Assembly (NCBI GenBank): GCA_002633005.1
Contig: NMRA01000031.1
Span: forward strand, 963,004 to 1,027,003
DNA from: Phoronis australis
Lineage: Eukaryota; Animalia; Phoronida
Reading direction: 5' to 3'
Length of the DNA stretch: 64,000 nucleotides
Shown here: positions 13,301 through 25,349 of the stretch, piece after piece
Position numbering within the stretch: position 1 is the stretch's first letter
How the letters are laid out: each line of letters starts with the position of its first letter
The notes under the pieces: model-generated
Told to the model about the DNA's origin: nothing
What the model saw: the letters and a program-made list of their open reading frames with translations, nothing else
Databases searched by the model: none
Program-made: the position numbers and the translations under genes

Positions 13301-16300
13301 ACATACAATCTCTGTGAAAGGCTATCGGCAAATTGTGTAGTTATCTCCCATGACTTCAAAATTACTGGTAATAGTTCAATTCCAAGCTGTGTATTCTTAT
13401 GGAGGAATGCTGGCAAGATTTGGCGCATCCGCAGTAGAACAAATTTCTGGCGATCGATGCAGGGATAAGACATTAACATGCAAGTTTCACTTTAATATCA
13501 GTCTAGTCTATTGTTAAGTATTCTAATGATGCACTTATATATGGCATTACGATTTGCTGGCCAGTTTTCTACCTGGGTAAAGACTTACCAAAACTATTTG
13601 TCAACTGGTACCAGAGATTGGAATTCTAGCTATTTTGGCTAATCTTTATCGTATTTCTCAGGAAAAAATTATCCAAATTGAATGTTCATGAGGGATTCAA
13701 TTTCAGAAGCTACACAGTTCAAAAATCACCAGTTTTAGTCCACATTATATCAATTTATTTTAGCCAGTGTTTTATTGCTGTGCTAATGTGCTACGTGCTC
13801 TGCTCCTCACAAGAGGGGGTCTTAGATCGGATTCTGTGATAAATGAGGCCTCAGGACAATAGCAGGATATGTTCTTATGTATTGGCTAAGTACAAAGCGC
13901 CATGGAACAGGCTGAGTTTTTATTGTGTAACATAAAATGCTGCCTATCACACCATGGCCATAAACAAAATGATGAATTTCTGGTGCCATTTAAAATTGCA
14001 GTGAAACTGACTACAATATTTGCGCCTGTCATGGTCTGATGTTGGGATTTTATGGTCCGTAGATTTTCTTTCAGAGGACATTTTGACATTTAAAGTATGT
14101 CAACAAACGCACTATTCTTTGCAAAAACGTCTTATCATAGGGGCTAATTTTCTTGAAAAATGTCCCTGAAGGGAAAGAAGGTAATTTTTCAGGGGAAAGA
14201 CGATCTAAGGATGGCGCGTTGTTACTGAATACCAAACTATTTTAATTAAATTGTTTCCAGAAATGGCAGCATCGAGTTGAACAGTCCTGAAAGGACGCAA
14301 TGGCAAATTCTTTCAAATTTCCATCATTTACCTAGTGCCTTAGAATTTTTCTGTCATTTTCTCATGTCATCCTGGTTGTCACGTCACTTTTTCTTGAAAG
14401 CTAGGCAGTAAGGACTGTCTGTATGTACCACAATACAGTTAAACATTTCAATGCACGAGCCTTCACGCATAAGCGTGTACTATTTAATGGTCTAACAAAT
14501 TTAATCAACCATGTAGAAAATTTTAATCATTGACAGACAATAAATGTTTGCAATGATGTAAGCTCAATAGGTGTCGCTACCTAGTTAACCTTGTTTTGAT
14601 ACCTCATATATGGCAGGTAATTCGCAGCTGCAGGCCGATCCGTCGGACCCCTCCAAGTGGACTATTGTGCATGCTGCCACAGGCGAGCCCGTCACTCCAC
14701 CACCAGAGGTGTCCTCTAGTGGCAAGCGATTGAGACGCGTGGCCTGCACGTGTCCTAACTGCATCGATAACGCGGTTGACAGGAATTCTGGGACAGAGAA
14801 GTAAATAGAAGCAGTGTTCAGGCTGGAAGCTTTGAGATTCCTTCTGTCAGATTTCGTCATAGAGATTCCTTTGTTTTGGACATTAGTCACTAGTCGTTTC
14901 CTTAACAATTGATGCTCATGTCAACAAATATTAAACAACCGAGGTCATCTGACCATAATGTAGTGTGTAATATACTGAAGTCTAAAATATTTACAATTAT
15001 TATTATAATTATTGTTGTTCTTTATATCAGTATTTTTCTGCTATCATTAGTGTTATTATTATTGTTACTATTACTATTGCTATTATTATTGTTGTTATTA
15101 CTATTGCTTACGAAAAACATTTCTCTTGGATGAAAACTATTATTTATTTCTGACAAGGTTCACTATTTCTAATCAGGAATCACTCAAACTCTGCAGTTTT
15201 TACCAGTTACCAATTGGCAATGGTATGATGTTCAGGTGATCTGTTTATCATTCTTCAAGTCTATAATTGGGAATAACGGGGTTATCGGCAAGTCATGGGT
15301 AAAAATATGACTATGAAGGGGGTGTGAGCAATTCTCTTTTATATCGCAACAGTAAAAGTTTGTTCTGTGCTCAACCTTTGAGTTGACAGTAGTAATTGTC
15401 TCCCCTGGCAAATGAGTGTACGTCTGTGTTCATTGCAGAAATGGTGAAAAGAAGAAGAAGCAGCATATTTGCCACATGCCTGGCTGCGGTAAAGTCTATG
15501 GGAAAACATCGCACTTGAGGGCACATTTACGGTGTGTAGCTTGGAGGGGGAATAGGTTGTGAATTACAGAATGATTGCACGCGTGTCCATGGTTTTCGCC
15601 GATTTATGTATTGCGAGTCGAGTATTGAAATGGATGTCTAGTTTGATGTCAGCATGGTTGTATCTTTTCATGATTCGGAGGTATTGAAATGAGTCTTGCT
15701 TTCTCAGCTCGCCAAGGCACCCCTGTACTCTAATTTTCATCTGAGGAACCTCGTACATGCAGCAGCACCATGTTTGAAAACCTTGGTTCGTGTTTTGGTA
15801 TGTTTAATATGGCGAGAGAGTTAGCTGTCCTAAATACTCATGATGATTTCATGGATTGGATTGAACCGACTTCATTGATCAATTCAATGGTATGATTCAC
15901 CATGATTAATCTGATTTATACTGGTTTGAAATTTGTGATTTTGCCTTGACTTAATTAGCGTTGGGCTTAGTTTTGTGTACATTTAGGCATTTTCCAAACA
16001 ATGTCAGTTTTGTTGCTTCATCCATAGTCTGTAGTACATGGACCGCCAACTCCGTTTATTTTCTATGGACGAAAACTGTGATCTTACGCATAAGCCGTGA
16101 CGTCATTATTCACTAGCGACACCTGGCAAAATTAGCAAGTTTTACTTCCGGCAAGTACGGCCACATAGGCAAAATGTAAAGAACTATGTTTCCACAGTAC
16201 TGAAGTTTGAATTTTGCAATTACATGACCAATGGCATTGCCAAAAGTACTCACGATACCAACAGTTCTACTGTTGGAAGACTTTGAACAGTGTTTCAATG

Positions 16301-19300
16301 TCGAAATTTTTTTTTCGTTGTACTAGACAGTAAAATAGATGCGAGAATTTCCCATCATAGTACACTAACCGAAAACTGAAATTGGTAATTTAGGAGGGTG
16401 GCGCCTCCTCTTGGATATATCGCAAGAAAATGTTGGAGTTGCGAATTTGTTGTCTGTAATCTATGCTTCATCTCAACTTCTCAAGCGTTGAATTTTTTAC
16501 TGCTATTCTTCATTATCATGCAGTGCCACCTATTGTTGGCCTTTCAGCCTTAAGGAAGTACAGAACAAGTCAAGTCTTGCACAGTCGTGAAAATATTAAA
16601 AATGAATTACTCGTTTGGTTTTAACATCATCGTTTATTTTCTTTGCCAGTAGACTGCCATTGTCACTGTTTAATTCAAACATGCTGTGGATTTGTGTCTG
16701 AAAACATTGCTGGGAATCTGTTATTCAACATGTGTAACAGTGTAAATGATTAAAAGTGAAAAAGATACCTTGTGATATTCTTTGTTGACTGGCTGTTTGA
16801 TGCCACGTCTCATAGATGGCACTACAGAGTGGTACATAAAGCTTATGAGAAATACCAGTACTTGGTGCCGTCTGTAAGTCCCAAACTTGAGATATGGTTC
16901 ACCACATACTTATAAATCATGATAAGTTTTGCTTGTTCATGAAGATGTCATTTTCACTTTCAATCAGTGAATTAATGAAACTCTGAATCCTTTTTTATTC
17001 AAATGATGTTTTACTGAACAGTTAAGAAATCTTTGAAAATTTTCTGAAGGTAAGTTGTGGCAATTAATTTTGTAAAAACATTGAACAAATTTTACCAATG
17101 ATATTGTGAAGAATTTGAAGCTTAAGCAAGCGAAAATTAATTGAATTTTTTAACCGCTTGGTAGCACTGGTTTTAAATATAGATTTCGTAAAAAGCAATG
17201 TTGAAAACGGTTTATCTGTTAAAGTCTTATTGTTGTTTATCAATTATGTTTAGTTTGTATTTTATACCATAGGTGGCACACGGGAGAGAGACCGTTTGTT
17301 TGTAACTGGATATTTTGTGGTAAACGCTTCACACGGTCGGACGAGTTACAGCGCCACAGACGTACCCACACCGGTGAGAAGAGATTTGTGTGTGCACAAT
17401 GTAATAAGAAGTTTATGCGGAGTGATCATCTCTCAAAACACGTAAAGACACATACCAACAAGAAGAATTCCCGTGAAGGAGAGGAAGAGGAGGTCAAAGG
17501 TGAATCTCATTGACAGTATACCGTATTTCTTCAGATTGATACCCATATTCAGATCAATCCCTTCCCCCTGATTTTCAAAAAAATGAAATATTTGATCTCT
17601 TGCACTCGTCGTAAAGCCCTGCCCTGATTTTTAAAGTGGAATTTGAATGAGTGTTTATTTGAATGGATACAGTAGAAGTTTTGTTATATTTTTCAACTTT
17701 TGTTATAGCTCCTCAGTCCATGCTCATAAAACCAAACATCAAATAGTTTTAAGAATTAAGCCGAGGTCCATCATGAGCCAACTCCAAATCTGTTCCCAGC
17801 TGAGGGGAAATCGTTCATAGCACACACTGCTGTGAATGAATGTCAGTAAACCAACATCAGACGTTTGCTTCTTTTAATGTTGCGTTAGACCACCACTTTT
17901 TCCATAAATATCTGCTATAGCGCTCACCTCGAAGTTGCACCATGGGTTTTCTGGGAATTAGGTCCAAAACATCACACTTGACTTCATTACGAAGAAGCTT
18001 CAACGTAGTTAAAGGAATTTGTCACACTGAAATAAAAGATTCTAAAAGTCTGTCACACATTTCAATGTGCCTCGGTCTGTTCATCCATTTTTTGAAATTA
18101 ATTATAGAAACTTTTTGTGTAGGTCTGTAGAAATAGGTGGCTGTGATTATAAGAATTTATCAGATTTTTGATGGTCACCAAAAGAGGTCACTCATAGTTT
18201 TGAGGGTACAGCTAAATGATATAACTGATGAAACAGTTCATGTATTAGAACAATAACTCAAACTGCATTTTAGTACCCTGTTTAGCTGACTAAAAAGGAA
18301 CAAAAATTGAATTAAGACCTTTTACTCTCATAAAATCGCCCTCATAATATTGCTTGCCGTGACAGGATTTTATTTGGCTTGCAACTCAAGTCACACGCAA
18401 TGTATTCATGTGACATTTTCAAATTTACATTTTTAGGATTGGCCTGCCGCAATAATCTGTGAAGTGTTGTCTTGGGTTAATTTTGGTTTTGATCTTGTTA
18501 ATGTTTTAATGGAAAGAGCATCGCATCACGGTGAGGAATATTAGGAGAACGATTTTATGGGGCCTAATTTTTCATTTTTTGTCTGGTAAATTAGGCAGAA
18601 GTGCAACAGTTTTACTTTAAATAAAACAGGAAGATAAAATGTGTCATGTGGCCCGCCAGTAACTTATTAATCTAGATTTAACTGTAACTTTATTGAATAT
18701 TTCCATAATGGCTCTACAGAATTTCATGAAATTTTAGATTTCTATGATACTCTGTACTTGAAAATTTTGTTTGTTGTTGGAAGGGGCCACTACCAGTCTT
18801 CTTTTGGACATATATCTGACTTTTTGCTCTCCCAAGTGGCAATTTCAATTTGGAACATCGTTGTACTCGACCACTGGTAATTTTGCAGTTTCCTGAACAA
18901 TTCTGAAACGTAAACAACTGTATATAAGAAGGTTAGCTCCAGTTGATCTTAACTATTGCTACCCTTGTGGCAACTTTTGAAATATTTCTTCTCTGAGTTT
19001 GTTGATTACTGTTCAACTGTGTGGGCCTATTTCAGTGTTTATCGCTGCATTTGTGCGTATCAAACCGTGAAAACTGATAAGTCAATCTACCATTGAGAAT
19101 TACTTCAACAGAAATTAGCTTTGCACAATTTCAGAGCATACCGGTGCATTTTTCTCTAGATGAGCTGAAGCAGTTGTTTTTTTTTTCATTGCATTAACAT
19201 AAATCGGGGCTAAAAATAGAAACTCCTATTGCACTATAGTGCACATTAAGTGTAACAAATCTCTGCTTCAGTTGTATGGCATCATTTCCTTGTTTCATCA

Positions 19301-20665
19301 ACCTAATGGATTTTAATGCTGACTGTAGTGTCTGAAAGCCTGTAGGCTGATACTGCATTCCACAGTTGCTATACTGCTCTGATTCCTACAATCAGGTGAA
19401 TAGATTCTGTAATGATGTAAGATTTTTGCTTGATGTTTTGGTAATACTGTCCGTTTATTTGTGTCTCCTCTCATTTCCTGCACCTGGCTTTGTATACTGC
19501 TTCTACTGTCTCGTAGTAGATATGTTTATTCTGATTAAAAAATGCAAAATTTGCCTTGTGCCCTCCAGATCAAATTCCAACCTGACAGACCCCACCCTCA
19601 AATTTTAGCAACATTCGTTGGGGTTATTGAGATCACTCTGATTCATAGTGTTGTACACAAGTCAAGTCGCTCCATTGTGTTGCTGAGACAGGTTCCACAA
19701 TAGAGGTTGTGACAAATCAACAAATGAACAGCAGCTGAAATGTGGGCCCAGTTTCTCTCATCTTCAGTTGTAGTTAACTGATGAAAACACGGCTACATAG
19801 CTTCACAGACAGATGTGTTCTCTGTACATTTTTCCATCATCAAGTATGCTATACTGAAACTGTCAGTGTCAATGGTTCTGTTTCACATGAAGCAAAGTCG
19901 ATGTGGTGAAAAAAATATCATATGATCCATCTGTCTCAACAATTGGATTGCTCGTCACGCACTTGAGCTGTGGGATGAGTTACCCGATTTCTCTGATCGG
20001 TTAGTCAGGATACAGCTATTTCATTATCAGTTTGACAGCGATAGCAAAGGCAGAAAGTTGGCAAACCAATGTCTACATAGTCCAGGTCACTTATTATCTG
20101 GGTTCATCTGATAAGGTCACGTAATCCAGCAATTATGTTGTAAACAGCGCCCCTGACACTAACCGATGTTTAAAAATACTATTTCCATACGACGTTCAGC
20201 AAATGTCATGAAAAAGATGACTTTTGTGTTTTGTTTGAAATACTTGTCACCAACAAACTGCGAAGGGAGAAAAACGGTGGACTTAACTTTCACCTGCTGA
20301 TCCCTTTACGTGACTGCAAACTCTGACCAGCTTACTACCACAATATTGTTCGCCAACACAATAGGCTTGTTTGTGAAGTTTAGTCGAACGTGATACTAGA
20401 TCAGATCGTGGTTTTAACAGTGCAGGAAAATGATACGTTAAGTTTTTTTTTTGTTTTTTTTTTTTGATTATGGGCACCATTTTGTTATTTCGGGCTTAGG
20501 CTATACATTTTCTGACAAGAAATTATTAGGAATCGTTTGTATTGTGTTGCAGATCACAGGGACAGCTCGTCGGATGGTCTTGAGATTACGATGAATGCCT
20601 CTGATGAGGAAGAAAACAAGCCATCTCCTGTTCACGTATTAAATGTTCCATCTCTGACAGACTGA
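10268..20665 (+). CDS. Sp1-4: Sp1-4 class (Sp1/Sp3/Sp4-like) zinc-finger transcription factor; join(10268-10330,10443-11976,14617-14800,15439-15531,17273-17499,20553-20665), about 737 aa
   Basis: Sp box [14 protein letters not shown], long Q-rich region, Btd box CTCPNC, three C2H2 fingers ([23 protein letters not shown]; [23 protein letters not shown]; [21 protein letters not shown]). All junctions are GT-AG with matching phases; total 2214 nt. Confidence 0.95.
10443..11976 (+). CDS. Sp1-4: Sp1-4 exon 2, Sp box and Q-rich activation region
   Basis: ttgcag acceptor, G|gtgagt donor; core of ORF 10428..12050. Confidence 0.95.
14617..14800 (+). CDS. Sp1-4: Sp1-4 exon 3, Btd box
   Basis: [13 protein letters not shown]; phase 1 to phase 2. 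Confidence 0.92.
14995..15110. repeat. (TTA/CTA/TTG)n microsatellite
   Basis: Trinucleotide run that produces the poly-Leu ORF 14909..15133. Confidence 0.85.
15439..15531 (+). CDS. Sp1-4: Sp1-4 exon 4, zinc finger 1
   Basis: [26 protein letters not shown]; phase 2-2. Confidence 0.95.
17273..17499 (+). CDS. Sp1-4: Sp1-4 exon 5, zinc fingers 2 and 3 (reads through to TGA 17511-17513 if the donor is skipped)
   Basis: [60 protein letters not shown]. Confidence 0.95.
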
Positions 20666-21655
20666 AGTGACACGAGCGGTGATGAAGAATAATGTCACAT
20701 GACTNCAGTTTCTCTCATCTTCAGTTGTAGTTAACTGATGAAAACACGGCTACATAGCTTCACAGACAGATGTGTTCTCTGTACATTTTTCCATCATCAA
20801 GTATGCTATACTGAAACTGTCAGTGTCAATGGTTCTGTTTCACATGGAGCAAAGTCGATGCGGTGAAAAAAATATCATACGATCCATCTGTCTCAACAAC
20901 TGGATTGCTCGTCACGCACTTGAGCTGTGGGATGAGTTACCCGATTTCTCTGATCGGTTAGTCAGGATACGGCTATTTCATTATCAGTTTGACAGCGATA
21001 GCAAGGGCAGAAAGTTGGCAAACCAAATGTCTACATAGTCTAGGTCACTCATTATATGCGTTCATCTGATAAGCTCACGTAATCCAGCAATTATGTTGTA
21101 AACAACGCACCTGACACTAACCGATGTTTAAAAATACTATTTCCTAACGACGTTCAGCAAATGTCATGAAAAAGATGTGTTTTGTTTGAAATACTTGTCA
21201 CCAACAAACTGCGAAGGGAGAAAAACGGTGGACTTAACTTTCACCTGCTGATCCCTTTACGTGACTGCAAACTCTGACCAGCATACTACCACAGTATTGT
21301 TAACCAACACAATAGGCTTGTTTGTGAAGTTTAGTCGAACGTGATACTAGATCAGATCGTGGTTTTAACAGTGCAGGAAAATGATACGTTAAGTTTTTTT
21401 TTTTGTTTTTTTTTTTGATTATGGGCACCATTTTGTTATTTCGGGCTTAGGCTATACATTTTCTGACAAGAAATTTTTAGGAATCGTTTGTATTGTGTTG
21501 CAGATCACAGGGACAGCTCGTCGGATGGTCTTGAGATTACGATGAATGCCTCTGATGAGGAAGAAAACAAGCCATCTCCTGTTCACGTATTAAATGTTCC
21601 ATCTCTGACAGACTGAAGTGACACGAGCGGTGATGAAGAATAATGTCACATGACT
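19749..21655. repeat. About 950-bp tandem duplication joined by N at 20705 (probable uncollapsed alleles)
   Basis: 19749-20704 and 20706-21655 are near-identical, with scattered SNPs and small indels. Confidence 0.9.
20553..20665 (+). CDS. Sp1-4: Sp1-4 probable terminal exon ([37 protein letters not shown]); second copy at 21504-21616
   Basis: gttgcag acceptor; phase 1 matches the AAAG|gtgaat donor; acidic S/T-rich tail. Confidence 0.7.
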
Positions 21656-24519
21656 CGTCATCCATGTACACGCTCTGTCTGAACTGATAGCATGATTCTG
21701 CTATATGTCACGTCATAGATGTTCAGATAATGCCTGTGCTGAACTGTTACATGACACATCACTAATATACAGACTCTACCTGTCTGTGCCGAAATGGCCG
21801 AAATATCACGGTCATGAAATCCAGTTCATGACAGCGCATCCTTTGTGCATGGACTGGACGATTCCACACTGATACTCTAGAATGACGTGGAAATCATGGC
21901 ACGTCACATGGTGTTGCTGTTTTATGCCTGGTCTAGGATAAAGTGTGATAAATTACTGTTATGTACGCGCTCGGAATGTCTGCAATGTGGATATTAACCT
22001 TCCGTATGTGCTCAATGGGTCTCTGTTTCTTGAAAGTTGCAACAGCAAAGCGGGTGAAGATGTACTGAAAATTATCTGATATGCAGACAAGCAGGCTTTG
22101 AGATGGTTGTGAGTAACAAGTAGTTACTCGTAATAAGATTCAAATGTTGCTTTCCTGGGCCAGGACTTGGACTTTACTCCAACTCAAACTTAACGTGTCA
22201 CACTGCACGATTCGCGTACAAATTTCTAAGTTTACTCGAAGTGTGTTTTGCAAGTGGTCAATTTTCACGTGGAGTTTCGAGTGCAAAGGTCAGACGCCAG
22301 TGCTTGGAGTCATTGAGTGAACATGAGTAATTCTTTTTAAGCACCCACGTGTACATGTTTGGGTGCATATTGCCGTCGTCTCTGTCCTGACGGCTTCCGA
22401 CGTCTGCTCATGCTCGTGTCTCCTAAACCGCTTGAAGGATTTTAACAAGATGTGGCAGTCGTGTTCCTATGAAGCAGAGGACATGTAACTACGAGTTTTG
22501 TGCTAATTCAACTACCACTGGATTTGACTACCACTGTGCCCTTAGTGGCAGTTTATTTTTTTCATTTACCTTTGACTCTTCACAGACATATTTTCATGAT
22601 ATTTGAAAATAAGCTTCTGTTAAAGAGACAACATATTTCCCGTTTTCAGGTGGATTTGATGTATTTTTCACCACCTAGTGGCCATTTTTATTTTTTACTA
22701 GTCTGTTTTTGACATCCACCTCTCTGTGTAAAACTGATCTAAGGATTACTATGAAAACAGGCAGATGTGTTCCTTTTGAGAACACCATGGATGGGTTTGA
22801 CTGCTGAGATGTCCCCTAGTGACAGTTCAGTTTGTTGCGTCTACAGCTGTATCTCAATCATTAACCCCCCCTGCAGGATCTTTGTGAATTATGGCAAGTG
22901 TATCTGTGAATGTGACAACAGTTGATGACTACTTTCAGGCAGGTCCGACTGCTGTAGCGCTCCCTAGTGGCAATTTTAATTTTGTTTATGCTTGCTTGTC
23001 TAACTTTGGAGTTCCCTGACGGAATGTATCCACAAATGTATGTTTGTGAAATATAACAAGTGGGTTTGAACACGACAACTTCTCTCGTTCAAGTAGAAGC
23101 GACTACCGCTGTACCTCATAGTGGCACTTACTTTTTCTCACATTTTATCTCTGTATCTTTGAAGTTCGTGGACAGATTCCCACAAAAGTTTGGCAAATTG
23201 TGGGGAAGACGACAAGGCCTTCCCATTTTCGCACAGGTTCAATGTACTCAGCATCATAGCAGTGGCCTCGAGTAAATTTTGTTGATCCTCTAACATGATT
23301 TGTTAAATCCGAGTGAGTTCATAGATTAGATCCAGAAGGCTTCTCAATGATTCATATTTTCTACTTTTTCTTACGTTTTTTGTCAAAATCCTACTTTTTC
23401 CTAATTTTTGTCAAGATTCATCAATGAACAAATTTCTTGAATGAAGAAGCCTCAAGTAATCAGAATTGAAATAAAATGCAATAGTCATGCTGTTTCAGAC
23501 TATTGGATTAAACAATGGCTACTTTTTGACACCAGGAACTGTGGTACTCCAAGGAAGGTTAAGTTTGAAATAAGGGTGCTCATCCTTCAGTGGCTGAAAT
23601 AGGGGAAAAGATGGATATTGCCTGGTATCAACTGGCTAAGTTTTGGTTAATTAAATGGTATTCTCCATTTTGTAAATTCCTTAAGTTTTCTTTCATAATT
23701 TAGTTCTTTTTCTGTACATTTTTCCAGATTGTAATGTTGGGACGTAATGCTGCAATAGGAGTTTGTGTGCATTACACTTTGCGGCAATTTCAAGTTCACG
23801 GCATCTTGCAGTTGTAGTTGCTCTAACTGTTCCTAATTGTCCTACTTTTTGCGAAAAGCTGTTGTGAGGCTTGAGTCCTGGATACAGAACACTCAAATCC
23901 GTCTAATCTGAGTGTGGTCTCTGAAAAACTTAGCTTTTTCGGCAGACGACATCTTCATATCAGCTCAATATTGGGTCAGGAAAGTACACGTTAATGCACA
24001 TTTTTATTTATCACGATGTTTACAGAAGCAGCAATAGTGTAGATCTACATAGAAAGAGGAAATTGCGTCAACTGAATGTAAATTTTCACAATCTTTCTAG
24101 TCCAGTTATTTTCCGCTGGTAGTCGGTCAGAGTCTGGAATAGAATGAATGAAGCAACCGTAAGGATGTAAACGTACTTTCGCTGGCTGTCAATCCAGGTG
24201 CCAGTATATAGTAACATGGAATTTTTTTAGGAAGTATCTATCTTGACTTTCAGTTAAAAGGAACTATTATATATGGCTTGCAGAAATAAAGTTTACTCAA
24301 AGGGAATGGTCACGTGAGTACTGGCAACAAATTCTTGGATTAATGGGAGACGTTCTTTCAAGTAATGGCAACGTTTCGGTTGATCACATGTGACCGGATA
24401 CCAGTGGCCAGGAGGATAAGGAGGCAATTTAACTTCTGTTTAAACACATCTAATCACATGATCTACAAAAAGGTCAAATATTCCCTATGCCCNTCCGCTG
24501 CGGAAAACAGTACAAGCAA

Positions 24520-25076
24520 CAAAGGGTTCTTAAACGAGTACCTGTCCGGCGCGTAGACATGTGCTTAGGCTTAATCTTCGGGTACTTGCTTAATTTACGC
24601 GTACTTTTAGTTCTTAAGCGATCATCGTTCTGCTCTCATCAACGCGTACTTTAGACCGTGCCACAGTCTCGACTGGCCCCAGTAGAGACGGTTAAAGGAG
24701 CTTCAAACGCTGGAAGTTTTTCGGCGAATGATGCCTCGCACTGATTGCTGTGAAGTACCGTTTGCTCACACAGGGACACCTTAGGACTGAGGCCGTTGAT
24801 GTCTTTAATTCCTTCCAATTAGAACATAAACCTCAAACTTTTTTTCGAACAATCCTTCGTTCCGTTGCCAATATCGGCAACTGACCATTTTTAACACTGC
24901 GCGCGCTAAAATAGGGCGTGAACGCGTAAATTGAGCAAACGTGCGCGTTGAATACGAGCCGATCGATGATGGTTTAAGAACTAACAGCATGCATAGATTA
25001 AGCAAAAGTACGTGTAGATTGTGCGAATGTACGCGCACATTTCTACACAGACAGGTACTCGTTTTAGAACCCTTTG
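24520..25076. mobile_element. MITE-like element with about 130-bp imperfect inverted arms
   Basis: caaagggttcttaaacgagtacctgtc ... gacaggtactcgttttagaaccctttg, with continued inward similarity (ttagttcttaa / ttaagaactaa); no TSD seen. Confidence 0.7.
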
Positions 25077-25281
25077 GCGCTTCATACAGTACCTCCTGGT
25101 ACAGACAGATGGCGATAAAACCCAAAGGTCCCACGTGATCATTCTCCATTGCTTCCTGAAAGTCTCCCACTGACTTAAAACACGTATAGTAGCACACTTA
25201 TCAATGAGTCAACTGTTAAATAACATGACATTTCGGGACAAGCCGTAAGTTTCCTGACATTACCTCACGATTTGTTCAACT

Positions 25282-25349
25282 TTAGTACACCTTTTCTTCC
25301 TTCAGGTACTTGGCAAGCTCCCAGGCCATGTCATCGTCAAACTCGTCCT
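25282..25349 (-). CDS. Peptide precursor terminal exon (EDEFDDDMAWELAKYLKEEKVY*)
   Basis: tatttgcag acceptor, phase 1, TAA stop. Confidence 0.7.

Noticed and set aside
14909-15133. Poly-Leu membrane protein ORF
   Set aside because: It is a translation of a trinucleotide microsatellite in an Sp intron.
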